Positions 46,614 to 57,756 of a DNA stretch of 64,000 bases are shown here, one piece after another. The notes under the pieces are model-generated. The model was not told where the DNA came from. It saw nothing but the letters and a program-made list of their open reading frames with translations, and ran no database searches. The stretch's first letter is position 1. Each line of letters opens with the position of its first letter. This DNA comes from Caulobacteraceae bacterium. GTDB lineage: Bacteria; Pseudomonadota; Alphaproteobacteria; Caulobacterales; Caulobacteraceae. The stretch spans positions 208,055 to 272,054 of the forward strand of contig CBDICI010000002.1 of the NCBI GenBank assembly GCA_965277345.1. The letters are read 5' to 3'. Both the position numbers and the translations under genes were made by a program.

Positions 46614-47300
46614 ATGACCAAGCCTGCGATTCCTTCCACCAAGCCGCAGAAGAGCATCGCGCCGACCCTGACGCTGGAAAAACGGGCGGCCCAGTCCCTG
46701 AGTGGCGGGCCGGTGTGCGGGGTGGACGAGGCCGGGCGTGGGCCCTGGGCCGGGCCGGTCTGCGCCGCCGCCGTCGTGCTGAACCCCCGCCGCGTGCCCA
46801 AGGGCATCGACGACTCCAAGCGCCTGACCGCCGCCGAGCGCGAACGGCTGGAGGGCGAGATCATGGACCGGGCGGTGGCGTTCGCCGTCGCCTTCGCCAC
46901 GGTGGAGGAGATCCACCGGCTGAACATCCTGCACGCCACGGGCCTGGCCATGCACCGGGCGGTCAGCGCGCTCAGCCCCGCCCCGCTTCACGCGCTGGTG
47001 GACGGCGCCTATGCGTTCAAGCTGCCCTGCACGGTGAGGACGGTGGTGGGGGGCGATGGGTTGTCGCTGTCCATCGCCGCGGCCTCGATCCTGGCCAAGG
47101 TGGCGCGCGACCGGCTGATGATTGAGATGGACGAGCTGCATCCCGGCTATGGCTTTCGCAGCCACAAGGGCTATGGCGCGCCCCGGCATATCGAGGCGCT
47201 GAAGACCCTCGGCCCCTGCCCTATTCACCGTCTGACCTGGACGCCGGTTCGCCTGGTGCTGGAAGCGTGGGACTCTCGGCCGAACGGCAACGCATCATGA
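46614..47300 (+). CDS. rnhB: Ribonuclease HII
   Basis: The [14 protein letters not shown] catalytic motif, DDSKRL and [11 protein letters not shown] are present. Confidence 0.93.
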   Translation: MTKPAIPSTKPQKSIAPTLTLEKRAAQSLSGGPVCGVDEAGRGPWAGPVCAAAVVLNPRRVPKGIDDSKRLTAAERERLEGEIMDRAVAFAVAFATVEEIHRLNILHATGLAMHRAVSALSPAPLHALVDGAYAFKLPCTVRTVVGGDGLSLSIAAASILAKVARDRLMIEMDELHPGYGFRSHKGYGAPRHIEALKTLGPCPIHRLTWTPVRLVLEAWDSRPNGNAS

Positions 47301-49132
47301 GCGCCTCCGAACCCGGTCGCCTGCGCTTTCGCGTCGGGGCCGGCGACGGGGTGAAGCTGCGCCTGCCCAAACCGGTGGAGGCGCGGGGCTTCGCCGCCCA
47401 GTTGCGCGCCTCGGTCCGCTCCTCCGAGGTGCTGCTGGTGATGGTCGCCGCCCTGGTGGGCGTCGGCGCGGGCGTGCTGGTCACCGGCATGAGCTACATG
47501 ACCCAACTGGCGCACGTGCTGTTCTTCGGCATCGCGCTGGATCAGCGGCTGTCGGCGGTGGACCATGTGAGCCTCCTCGCCGCCCTGGTCACGCCCACCC
47601 TGGCGGGGCTGGCCATCGGCGGGATCGAGCTGATCCGGCGCCACCGCAAGAGCCGCACCCCCGTCGACCCGATCGAGGCCAATGCGCTGCGCGGCGGGCG
47701 GATGAGCCTGAAGGACAGCCTGGTGGTCAGCCTGCAGACCATGATCTCCAACGGCGGCGGCGCCTCGGTGGGGCTGGAGGCGGGCTATACCCAGATCGGC
47801 GCCGGGCTGGCCTCGCGCCTCGGCATGATGCTGCGGCTGCGGCGCAAGGATTTGCGCATCATGGTCGGCTGCGGGGCGGCGGGCGCCATCGCCGCGGCGT
47901 TCGGCGCACCGCTCACCGGGGCCTTCTACGCCTTCGAGCTGATCGTCGGGGTCTATTCCATCGGCAATGTGGCGGCGGTGACCGCCGCCTCGCTTTCGGC
48001 GGTGCTGACCGCCACCGCGCTCGGCGGCGCGCCCTATGCCCTGGCCACCGCGCCGGTGGTGGGCATCCACCCGATCCATTACCTGATGCTGATGGCCATC
48101 GGCCTGGTGGCCGCCAGCATCGGGGTGGCGGTGATGCAGACCACCGCCTGGGTGGAGCGCGGGTTCGAGTGGTCGCGCCTGCCGAGCTGGGTGCGCCCGG
48201 CGGTGGGCGGGCTGATGGTGGGATGCCTGGCGCTGGTCTCGCCCCAGGTGCTGGCCGCCGGACACGGCGCCATGCGGCTGGACGTGCCGCTCGACCTGCC
48301 GATGAAGGCGCTGGCGCTGCTGATCGGGCTGAAGCTGGTGGCGGCGATGATCTCGCTCGGCTCGGGCTTTCGCGGCGGGCTGTTCTTCGCCAGCCTGTTC
48401 GTGGGCGCCCTGATCGGCAAGTTCAGCGCCGCCGTCTATGGCCGCTGGCTGCCGGGGTTCGGGCTCGACCCCACCGCCTGCGTGCTGACCGGCATGGGCG
48501 TATTCGCCGTGGCGGTGGTGGGCGGGCCGCTGACCATGTCGTTCCTGGTGCTGGAGACCACCGGCGACTTTTCCGTCACCGCCCCGATTCTCGCCGCCTG
48601 CGTGGCCACCAGCCTGGTGGTGCGCGAGACCTTCGGCTTCTCCTTCTCCACCTGGCGGCTGCACCTTCGAGGCGAAACCATCCGCAGCGCCGCCGATGTG
48701 GGCTGGGTGCGCTCCATGACCGTGGGCAAGCTGATGCGGCGCGACCCCAGCACCATCCCCGCCGCCTCGACCCTGGCGGAGTTCCGCCGCCGCTTTCCCC
48801 TCGGCTCCGGCGCCACCGTAGTCGTGCTGGATGGGGAGGAGCGCTATGCCGGCATCGTCGCCACCGCCGAGCTGTTCGCCAACGAACTGGACGCCGACAA
48901 GGACAGGCTGAAGGTCGGCGACCTGGCCAAGCTGCCGGAGGTGGCGCTCTTGCCGCAATGGAACATCAAGGAGGCCCTGGCCGTGTTCGAGCGCGCCGAG
49001 GCCGAGACCCTGGCCGTGGTGGAGGGCGAGGACACCGGCGCGGTGATCGGCTCCATGACCGAAGCCTTCGCCACCCGCCGCTACGCCGAGGAACTCGACA
49101 AGGCCAACCAGGGCGTGACGGGGGAGTTGTAG
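47297..49132 (+). CDS. ClC-family chloride channel/antiporter with C-terminal CBS pair
   Basis: ATG 47297 overlaps the rnhB stop (ATGA). ClC motifs ([21 protein letters not shown]) are present, followed by two CBS-like segments. Confidence 0.9.
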   Translation: MSASEPGRLRFRVGAGDGVKLRLPKPVEARGFAAQLRASVRSSEVLLVMVAALVGVGAGVLVTGMSYMTQLAHVLFFGIALDQRLSAVDHVSLLAALVTPTLAGLAIGGIELIRRHRKSRTPVDPIEANALRGGRMSLKDSLVVSLQTMISNGGGASVGLEAGYTQIGAGLASRLGMMLRLRRKDLRIMVGCGAAGAIAAAFGAPLTGAFYAFELIVGVYSIGNVAAVTAASLSAVLTATALGGAPYALATAPVVGIHPIHYLMLMAIGLVAASIGVAVMQTTAWVERGFEWSRLPSWVRPAVGGLMVGCLALVSPQVLAAGHGAMRLDVPLDLPMKALALLIGLKLVAAMISLGSGFRGGLFFASLFVGALIGKFSAAVYGRWLPGFGLDPTACVLTGMGVFAVAVVGGPLTMSFLVLETTGDFSVTAPILAACVATSLVVRETFGFSFSTWRLHLRGETIRSAADVGWVRSMTVGKLMRRDPSTIPAASTLAEFRRRFPLGSGATVVVLDGEERYAGIVATAELFANELDADKDRLKVGDLAKLPEVALLPQWNIKEALAVFERAEAETLAVVEGEDTGAVIGSMTEAFATRRYAEELDKANQGVTGEL

Positions 49133-49251
49133 GATGCGGTGACGATTTAGGATTTGTAGTTCTTCATTTCTTTCGGCCGTCTTGCCCGGACTTGTTGCGG
49201 GCATCCATAGCGCGGCGTTAACGGTTGCGCCGTGGACCCGCAGAACCACAC

Positions 49252-49579
49252 TCACCAATTCAACCGGTTATACAGATCGAGCCAATCGGGGTTCTCCGCC
49301 TCGATCAGGTTGATTTTCCATTGCCGTGGATAGCCCTTGATCGTGTGTTCGCGCTGGATCGCCGACGTGATCAGCTCGAAGGGATTGAACCATGCCAGCC
49401 GCTTCACGCCATAGCGCTTGGTGAACCCTTCCATGGCGCCTTCCCGATGTTCAAAGGCTCGCCGGGAGAGATCACTCTCGCCGGGAGAGATCACTGGTGA
49501 CACCGGTGTAGAGCGTGCCGTTCTTGCGGCTCGCCATGATGTAGACCGCGATGATCCCGTCAGGGTTTATGGGGCCAAG
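49252..49579 (-). pseudogene. GIY-YIG nuclease family (COG2827-like) gene, frameshifted by a 19-bp tandem duplication
   Basis: The upstream frame reads ...YIMASRKNGTLYTGVTSDLSRRE-stop. The downstream ORF reads ...SDLSRRAFEHREG...IKGYPRQWKINLIE. Removing one 19-bp copy joins them in frame. Confidence 0.8.
49458..49495. repeat. Perfect 19-bp tandem duplication (CTCGCCGGGAGAGATCACT x2)
   Basis: Read directly: copies at 49458-49476 and 49477-49495. Confidence 0.95.
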
Positions 49580-49685
49580 CTAGCGTTGCGATAGTGACAC
49601 GCAAGTCATTCCATTCCCGAAGCTGTGTTGGTTAACTCAACGCTCGATTAACCCTGTACCGACAAGCCTGTGCGCCTGACTCTAG

Positions 49686-50771
<1,086 letters not shown>

Positions 50772-50778
50772 TCGGCGA

Positions 50779-51354
50779 TCAATCCTTGTCCTTGGCGCGC
50801 TCCACATAGGCGCCGTCGGCGGTCATCACCACGATGCGGGTGCCGGCGGTGATATAGGTGGGCACCATGGTGCGCACGCCGTTGGCCAGCATGGCGGGCT
50901 TGTAGGAGCCGGAGGCGGTCTGGCCCTTCATCACCGCCTCGGTCTCCACCACCTCCACCGTGGCGCGCTGAGGGAGTTCGATGGCGATGGGCACCTCGTC
51001 GTGCAGCGACAGGTGCACCGTCGTGCCGTCGGTGAGATAGTTGGCGGCCTCGCCCACCAGCTCCTTCGGTACGGTGACCTGATCGAAGGTCTCCGGGTTC
51101 ATGAAGTGGAAGCCGTCGCCGTCGCTGTAGAGGAAGTTGTATTCCCGCTCGTCGACAAAGGCGCGCTCCACCTGTTCGGTGGTGCGATAGCGCTCGGACA
51201 CCTTCACCCCGTCGGAGATGCGGCGCATGTCGAGCTGGGTCACCGGGGTGCCCTTGCCGGGGTGGATGTTCTCCACGCTGAGCACGACATAGAGCTTGGT
51301 GTCGATATCGACGACGGACCCCTTGCGGAGGGAGCTGGCGGCTACTTTTGGCAT
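50779..51354 (-). CDS. efp: Elongation factor P
   Basis: ATG 51354 gives [15 protein letters not shown]. The conserved loop HPGKGTP and EF-P domains II and III are present. Confidence 0.95.
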   Translation of the reverse strand: MPKVAASSLRKGSVVDIDTKLYVVLSVENIHPGKGTPVTQLDMRRISDGVKVSERYRTTEQVERAFVDEREYNFLYSDGDGFHFMNPETFDQVTVPKELVGEAANYLTDGTTVHLSLHDEVPIAIELPQRATVEVVETEAVMKGQTASGSYKPAMLANGVRTMVPTYITAGTRIVVMTADGAYVERAKDKD

Positions 51355-51436
51355 TGTTCTCGCAACCTTGGCCGCGCGGGTGGGCCGGCGGCAGTCATGA
51401 CTTGATTCCCCGCGCACCTACACGCACGAGGCGGGG

Positions 51437-52492
51437 ATGACAAACCCTTCACCCGATGGACGCGCCCGGAGCCATGCGGCCAAGCGGCCTCACCTGCTGG
51501 CGCGCAACGCCCTGACCCGCGCGGTGCGCGCCTGGTTCGAGGCGCGGGACTTCACCGAGGTGGAGACCGCGGCGCTGCAGGTCTCGCCCGGCAACGAGGC
51601 GCATCTGCACGCCTTCGCCACCGACCTGGTCGGCCCGGGCGGCGCGGCGCACCGGCTCTATCTGCACACCTCGCCGGAGTTCGCGTGCAAGACCCTGCTG
51701 GCGGCGGGGGAGCGGCGCATCTTCGACTTCGCCCGGGTATGGCGCAACCGCGAGCGGGGGCCGCTGCACCATCCGGAATTCACCCTGCTGGAATGGTATC
51801 GCGCCGAGGCGCCCTATGAGGCGCTGATGGCCGACTGCGCCGCCCTGCTGGTTTTGGCGGCGCAGAGCGGCGGCCGACGCGCGTTCGCCTTTCGCGGCCG
51901 GACCATGGACCCCTTCGCCGCGCCCGAACGCCTGACGGTGGCGGACGCCTTCACCCACATGGCGGGCGTGGACCTGCTGGCCACCGTGGGGACGGAGGGG
52001 GAGACCGATCGCGACGCCCTCGCCGCCGCCGCGCGTGGGAAGGGTATCCGCGTGGCGGACGACGACACCTGGGCCGACGTGTTCAGCCGCGTGATGGTGG
52101 AAAGGGTCGAGCCCAACCTCGGCGTCGGCCGCGCCACCATCCTTCATGAGTACCCGGTGAGCGAGGCCGCCCTGGCGCGGATCAGTGCGCGCGATCCCAG
52201 GGTGGCGGACCGGTTCGAGCTCTATGCCTGCGGGGTGGAGCTGGCCAACGCCTTCGCCGAACTCACCGACCCGGCCGAACAGCGCCGCCGCTTCGAGGCG
52301 GAGATGGCGGAGAAGGCCCGCGTCTACGGCGAGCGCTACCCCCTCGACGAGGATTTCCTGGCGGCGCTGGCGCACATGCCGCGGGCGTCGGGCGCGGCGC
52401 TGGGCTTCGACCGCCTGGCCATGCTGGCCACCGGCGCGGAGCGGATCGAACAGGTGCTGTGGACGCCGGTGGTCGATCCGGACGGCGCCTAG
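51437..52492 (+). CDS. epmA: EF-P-lysine lysyltransferase (EpmA/GenX/PoxA, class II LysRS paralogue)
   Basis: Class II aaRS motifs are present without an anticodon-binding domain (LHTSPEFACK, FTLLEWY, GFDRL). Confidence 0.88.
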   Translation: MTNPSPDGRARSHAAKRPHLLARNALTRAVRAWFEARDFTEVETAALQVSPGNEAHLHAFATDLVGPGGAAHRLYLHTSPEFACKTLLAAGERRIFDFARVWRNRERGPLHHPEFTLLEWYRAEAPYEALMADCAALLVLAAQSGGRRAFAFRGRTMDPFAAPERLTVADAFTHMAGVDLLATVGTEGETDRDALAAAARGKGIRVADDDTWADVFSRVMVERVEPNLGVGRATILHEYPVSEAALARISARDPRVADRFELYACGVELANAFAELTDPAEQRRRFEAEMAEKARVYGERYPLDEDFLAALAHMPRASGAALGFDRLAMLATGAERIEQVLWTPVVDPDGA

Positions 52493-52562
52493 CTCGGGAC
52501 CCGATATCACCCCCTTACCCATTTGCTCTGGAAGCGCGGACGGGCCATATCGCGGCCTGCCA

Positions 52563-53618
52563 ATGAACGCTCCCCTCTTCACCAAGACCCTCCGCACGCC
52601 CCAGGCCCTGGCGCGGGCCGGGCTGATCGCGCCCGAACGGCTGGCCGAGCTCGTCCCCGTGGCGGCGCGCTACGCCCTCGCCATCACCCCCGCCAGCGCC
52701 GCCCTGATCGACCCGAGCGATCCGGACGATCCCATCGCCCGCCAGTTCGTGCCGAGCGCGGCCGAGCTGATCGCCGCACCGGGAGAGCGCGCCGACCCGG
52801 TGGGCGATGGGGCGCACAGCCCGGTGGAGGGGATCGTGCATCGCTATCCCGACCGGGTGCTGCTGATGGCCACCCACACCTGCGCCACCTATTGCCGCTT
52901 CTGCTTTCGCCGCGAGGTGGTGGGGCCCGGCAAGGCCGACGGGTTGTCGCCCGAGGCGCTGGACGCGGCCCTGGCCTATATCGCCGGGCGGCCGGACATC
53001 TGGGAAGTGATCCTCACCGGCGGCGATCCCCTGGTGCTGTCCGACCGGCGGCTCGGCGCGGTGATGGAGCGGCTGGGCGAGATCGGGCACGTGAAGGTGG
53101 TGCGGCTGCACACGCGTGTCCCCGCGGTCGATCCGGGGCGGGTGACCTCCGCCCTCGTCGCCGCGCTGAAGCGGTCCGGCAAGGCGGTCTATGTGGCGCT
53201 GCACGCCAACCATCCGCGCGAGCTGACGGGGGCGGCGCGCGCCGCCTGCGCCCGCCTGATCGACGCCGGCATCCCCATGCTCAGCCAGACCGTGCTGCTG
53301 AAGGGGGTGAATGACGACATCGGGACGCTGACCGCCCTGATGCGCGGCTTCGTGGAGATGCGGGTGCGACCGTACTACCTGCACCACGGCGATCTGGCGC
53401 CCGGCACGGGCCATCTGCGCACCGGCCTGGAGGACGGGCAGACGCTGATGCGGGGCCTGCGCGGCGGCGTCTCCGGCCTCTGCCAACCCACCTACGTGCT
53501 CGACATTCCCGGCGGCCACGGCAAGGTCCCCGTCGGCCCGGCCTATCTCGACCACGGCGGGAGCGAGGCGACGGTCACCGATCCCTGGGGAGAGATGCAC
53601 CCCTACCCGCCGCGCTGA
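52563..53618 (+). CDS. epmB: EF-P beta-lysylation protein EpmB (lysine 2,3-aminomutase-like radical SAM)
   Basis: The CATYCRFCFRR radical-SAM cysteine motif is present, with KamA-family length and motifs. Confidence 0.88.
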   Translation: MNAPLFTKTLRTPQALARAGLIAPERLAELVPVAARYALAITPASAALIDPSDPDDPIARQFVPSAAELIAAPGERADPVGDGAHSPVEGIVHRYPDRVLLMATHTCATYCRFCFRREVVGPGKADGLSPEALDAALAYIAGRPDIWEVILTGGDPLVLSDRRLGAVMERLGEIGHVKVVRLHTRVPAVDPGRVTSALVAALKRSGKAVYVALHANHPRELTGAARAACARLIDAGIPMLSQTVLLKGVNDDIGTLTALMRGFVEMRVRPYYLHHGDLAPGTGHLRTGLEDGQTLMRGLRGGVSGLCQPTYVLDIPGGHGKVPVGPAYLDHGGSEATVTDPWGEMHPYPPR

Positions 53619-53715
53619 ATCAACGCATACATTCGGTCCCGTCTTGTCAGGGACCCGCCCTTGACCGATGGATCGCGCCAATGCGTTGGAACCTAACATG
53701 GAATAAGCAGGCCGC

Positions 53716-55020
53716 ATGACCGACGCGCCGCCGCGCCGCACCATCCTTGGTCCCTGGACCCTGGTGATCCTGCTGTGCTTGACCCACATGATGGCCTTTG
53801 TGGACCGTTTCGCCCTGGCCGCGGTGGCCGGACCGCTCAAGACCGCGTTCGGGCTGAACGAGACCGGCCTCGGCGCCCTGCAGGGGCTGGCCATCGCCCT
53901 GCCCTATGCCGCGGTCATCCTGCCCTTCGGCCGGCTGGCCGACCGCATATCGCCGCGCCCCCTGATCGTCGGGGGGATTGTGGCCTGGACCCTCGGCGGC
54001 CTCGCCTGCGCCTTCAGCGCCACGATCCAGCAGCTTTGGGCCGCGCGTATGCTCATGGGCGCCGGGCAGGCGGCGTTCATTCCGGCGGCCCTGACCCTGT
54101 TTCGCGGCGCGTTCGGCGTCCAGGGTCTGGCCCGGCCGCTCTCGCTGTTCACCGCCGGTGCGACCCTCGGCAAGAGCGTGGCCCTGTTGATGAGCGGGTG
54201 GATCCTCACCGCCTATCTGACCGCCCCGATCCTGCACGCCCTGTTCGGGGCGCCGTGGCGGGCGGTGCTGGCCCTGACCGCGGCGCCCAACCTGATCCTG
54301 GCCGCGGCCTTGCTGTTCACCCCCGCGCCGGCCCTGAGCGCCGCCCCCGCCCGCCCGCCTGTGGACCGGCCGGCCGGCCGCCTGATCCGCAGCGTCTGCT
54401 TCTGGAGCTTCGCCCTTCTGGCCGTGGCGCCGATTATCCTGATCCAGGCCACCGCCGCCTGGACGCCGGTCTTCTTCGCGCGCAGCTTCCAGCTTTCGAC
54501 GGCCAGGGCCGCCCTCCTGGTGGGGAGCGTGGTGCTAATCTTCGCCCCGCTCGGCCATCTCATCGGCGGACAACTCACCGCCGCCGGCATCAAAAGAGGC
54601 ATCGAACCGGGACGGCTGGTGGCGCTCTGCCTGGCGCTGGCCTGCCCGGTGGGCCTCGCCTTCTGCCTGTCGCCCAACCTCGCCGTGTCGCTGTCGGCTT
54701 ACGGACTGATCGTCATGATCCTCGGCATCGCCGGGCCGGCCGGCCTGACCGGCGTCAGCCGCCTGGCGCCTACGGGACAAGTGGCCTCGGCCAACGCCCT
54801 GTTCATGGGTCTGGTCACCCTGGTGGGCGTGGGCCTTGGGCCGACCCTGGTGGGGCTGATCAGCGACACCGTCTTCGGCGGCGCGGCCGGCCTCAGATAC
54901 GCCCTCGCCGCCCTGCTGGTCGTCGTGCCCCTGGTCGGGGTTGCGCTCATGCTCGGCTATGAGAGGCTGTGGCGGCCAGCACCCGCCGGCGGCCCTGGCA
55001 GGCAACCCTTAACCGCTTAG
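53716..55020 (+). CDS. MFS transporter
   Basis: 12 predicted TM segments and the MFS loop motif GRLADRISPR are present. Confidence 0.85.
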   Translation: MTDAPPRRTILGPWTLVILLCLTHMMAFVDRFALAAVAGPLKTAFGLNETGLGALQGLAIALPYAAVILPFGRLADRISPRPLIVGGIVAWTLGGLACAFSATIQQLWAARMLMGAGQAAFIPAALTLFRGAFGVQGLARPLSLFTAGATLGKSVALLMSGWILTAYLTAPILHALFGAPWRAVLALTAAPNLILAAALLFTPAPALSAAPARPPVDRPAGRLIRSVCFWSFALLAVAPIILIQATAAWTPVFFARSFQLSTARAALLVGSVVLIFAPLGHLIGGQLTAAGIKRGIEPGRLVALCLALACPVGLAFCLSPNLAVSLSAYGLIVMILGIAGPAGLTGVSRLAPTGQVASANALFMGLVTLVGVGLGPTLVGLISDTVFGGAAGLRYALAALLVVVPLVGVALMLGYERLWRPAPAGGPGRQPLTA

Positions 55021-55036
55021 GCCGCTTCAGTTTCGT

Positions 55037-56047
55037 ATGCTCGACAGTCTGAATTTCTCGACCGAGTCCTATCGGCCCTCCGAGCGCTTCACCCGCTATC
55101 GCGATTTCTACCAGCCCGGCGCGGACGGGGTGCAGATCGGCGCAAACGTGGCGGTGGAGGTGCACGGGTGGCGGCTGGAGGGGCTGGTCCTCTATGGCCG
55201 CAGGATGCGCGGCGTGGGCGGCGAGCGGCTGGCCGACCGGGTGCGCCAGAACCAGTTCGACCATTTCACCCTGCAGCTCAACCTCGGCGGCGAGTTCCAT
55301 GGCGAGGGCGCGCAGGGGTTCCACGCCGTGCGGCCGGGCGAAATCCTGCTGCTCGACATGACCAGGCCCATGCGAACCCGCATGTCCGACGCCCACCTCA
55401 TCACCCTCGGCCTGCCGCGCAAGACGGTCGAAGCGGCGGCGTTGTCGGTGGACGATCTGCACGGGCTGGTCATTCCCGCCCGGCACGGCGCGCCGCTGGC
55501 GAGCCTTCTGGTGTCGTCCGTCGAGCGGATGAGGTTCGCATCCAGCCCTCTGGACGCCGGCGTCGGGCCCGCCCTCGCCACGCTGCTCGGCGCGGCGCTG
55601 AACCGGATGGGGCTGGGGCGGCGGCTGGACGGTGAGCGGAGCGAGGAGGAGCGGCGGGAAGCCGCCCGCCGGTTCATCCGCGCCCACCTGGCGGACGAGG
55701 CGCTCGACCCCGAGCGGGTCGCCCGCGCCACCAACCTGTCGCGCGCCACCCTCTACCGGGTGTTCGAGGGCTCGGGCGGCGTGCGGAAATACATCCAGGC
55801 CCAGCGGCTGGTGCGCCTGAAGGGCAGCCTGATCGACCTGCACGGCGCGGCGCCGGTCTCGGCCCTCGCCTATGACGCCGGCTTCGCCAGCGAGCACCAT
55901 GCCAGCCGCAGTTTCCGCCAGGAGTTCGGCCTGCCCCCCGCCGCCTTCCGCCGCCGCGCCCGCCAGATGGCGCAATCGCCGTTCGGCGAGCAGGCCAGCC
56001 AGCTGAAGCGCCGGATGCTGTCCTGGTACGCCCACCTGGACGTGTAG
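55037..56047 (+). CDS. AraC-family transcriptional regulator
   Basis: A C-terminal double HTH is present (ATNLSRATLYRVF...SEHHASRSFRQEFG). Confidence 0.85.
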   Translation: MLDSLNFSTESYRPSERFTRYRDFYQPGADGVQIGANVAVEVHGWRLEGLVLYGRRMRGVGGERLADRVRQNQFDHFTLQLNLGGEFHGEGAQGFHAVRPGEILLLDMTRPMRTRMSDAHLITLGLPRKTVEAAALSVDDLHGLVIPARHGAPLASLLVSSVERMRFASSPLDAGVGPALATLLGAALNRMGLGRRLDGERSEEERREAARRFIRAHLADEALDPERVARATNLSRATLYRVFEGSGGVRKYIQAQRLVRLKGSLIDLHGAAPVSALAYDAGFASEHHASRSFRQEFGLPPAAFRRRARQMAQSPFGEQASQLKRRMLSWYAHLDV

Positions 56048-56049
56048 CT

Positions 56050-57588
56050 CTAAGCCGGCGGGTGGCGATAGTCGGAGCAGCCCGTATTGACGATATCGAC
56101 CTTCGGCGTGTCCACCAGCAGCAGCCGGTAGGTCGCCTGGCGCCCGCCCGGCCGCCCGCGCGCCACCGTGCCGAGATCGACGATATGGGCGAAGCATCGG
56201 CCCAGCATGACCGTATCGACGCGCCGCGACAGGTCGGCGACGAGACCCGGCTGGCGCGGGTCGAAGCCCGGAACCGCCCAGCCCCGATAGCGGGCGCGCT
56301 CGTCGAGCTGAAGCACCGGCGTCGGCCCCGGGGTCACCAGGGCGAGCTGCGCGGCGGCGCCGTAGCTCACCGCGCCCTGCCAATGCGCCCCATGCGCCGC
56401 CCGGACCGCGGCCAGCTTGTCGGAGAGGGCGGACCACCCCTCCACCGGCAGGGCGGGATCGGGCAGCCGGCTGAACGGCGGCCCAAGCGGCGGCAAGGCG
56501 AAATAGGCCGCCACGGCGAAGGGCGCGAGAAGCCCGACGAGGGGAAGGGCCTGCAACCCCTTGCGCGGCGGGCTGAGCTCGGTCCCCAGCGCCGCCAGGA
56601 TCGTCGCGCCGGCGAACAGGGGCGCCGGCCAGTGCTCCTCCACCGTGCTGTGCAGGCTGTGCAGCAGGAGATAGCCCAGGAACGGCGCGCTGATCACGCC
56701 GATGAAGACGACGGCCCGGCGGATGAAGGGGGTTGTGGACCGCACCGCCCGCCACACGAAATAGATCAGGATCGGGCCGAACAGCAGCGACTGCAGCCCG
56801 ATGAACTCCAGGAGGTGCACCGGCGCGAACCGTTCGGGCGCGATGCGGCCGAACTGCTTGACCATGGTGACCCAGTGGTTCCGCGCGTTCCAGATCAGGT
56901 TGGGGGTGGCGATCAGCGCCGCCAGCGCCGCGCAGAGCCAGGGGGCCGGCGTCCGCAGCCTCGCCCGCCCCGTGCGTGAGGACAGCAGCCACAGCCCCAC
57001 GCCCGGGGCCAGGAACAGGGCGGAATATTTCGACAGCACGGCGAGGCCCGCGAACGCCCCGGCGCCCAGCCACCAGCGCAGCCCCCCCGGCCCGGTCCGC
57101 GCCAGACACCAGAGGGTGAGCAGCCAGAACAGGCTGGCCGGCGCATCGGGCACGGCCAGCAGGCTGCCGAGGCCGATGGTGATGGTGGCGTTGTACCAGA
57201 TCGCCGCCAGCACGGCGGTGCGCCGCGCCGCGCCCAGCACCCGCGCCAGATCGACGATGACCAGGCTGGCCAGAAAGCTCGACAGCACCGGCAGGGCGCG
57301 GATGCCGAGCGCCGTATCGCCGAAGAGGGTCGTGCCGAGCCGGACCCACCAGGCGATCATGGGCGGATGGTCGTAGTAGCCGAAACTGAGATGCTGCGCC
57401 CACAGCCGGTAATAGGCCTCGTCCTCGGTCAACGGCGCGGAGGCGGCGGCGGCGACGCGCACCAGCGCCAGAGCGAAGAGCAGGGCGGCGACGGCCATGC
57501 CCCAAGGCGTCCGGATCGGCAGGGCGCGATCGACACTGTCCTGCCCCGTCCGATCCACCGACCCATCCACTGTGTGCGTTCCCCCCAA
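56050..57588 (-). CDS. Glycosyltransferase family 39 (ArnT/PMT-like, lipid-linked sugar transferase)
   Basis: The polytopic membrane protein carries an N-terminal DEAYY motif and a YYDHPPM loop. The start could instead be ATG 57498. Confidence 0.8.
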   Translation of the reverse strand: MGGTHTVDGSVDRTGQDSVDRALPIRTPWGMAVAALLFALALVRVAAAASAPLTEDEAYYRLWAQHLSFGYYDHPPMIAWWVRLGTTLFGDTALGIRALPVLSSFLASLVIVDLARVLGAARRTAVLAAIWYNATITIGLGSLLAVPDAPASLFWLLTLWCLARTGPGGLRWWLGAGAFAGLAVLSKYSALFLAPGVGLWLLSSRTGRARLRTPAPWLCAALAALIATPNLIWNARNHWVTMVKQFGRIAPERFAPVHLLEFIGLQSLLFGPILIYFVWRAVRSTTPFIRRAVVFIGVISAPFLGYLLLHSLHSTVEEHWPAPLFAGATILAALGTELSPPRKGLQALPLVGLLAPFAVAAYFALPPLGPPFSRLPDPALPVEGWSALSDKLAAVRAAHGAHWQGAVSYGAAAQLALVTPGPTPVLQLDERARYRGWAVPGFDPRQPGLVADLSRRVDTVMLGRCFAHIVDLGTVARGRPGGRQATYRLLLVDTPKVDIVNTGCSDYRHPPA

Positions 57589-57756
57589 CAGCTACCCTTT
57601 TAGGACGCCGGCGCCCAGCCAGCCCCCCGAGCTGGCCCCCGGGCCAACAGCCCCATGCCGCGCGGGCCTGGTCGGCTCCCAAATCACAGCCTTGCCTTGA
57701 CCGCGCGGCCAAGTCCAAGTTCCCTCGATCCCGGGTGGATGGGTATGGAGGCGGTG

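Noticed and set aside
47225-49258. 677-aa minus-strand ORF
   Set aside because: It is antisense to the ClC channel gene, which has unambiguous motifs. Its composition is a high-GC artefact. The same reasoning rejects 203-1669(-), 6102-7736(-), 59706-61523(+), 23493-25166(-), 31284-32810(+) and similar ORFs.
49632-49653. Canonical CtrA box upstream of ccrM
   Set aside because: The TTAA half-sites are separated by 12 nt rather than the 7 nt of TTAA-N7-TTAAC.
54947-57718. 923-aa minus-strand ORF
   Set aside because: It overlaps the AraC regulator (opposite strand) and the GT39 gene (same strand, different frame). Its composition is Arg/Gly/Pro/Ala-rich with no recognisable motifs.
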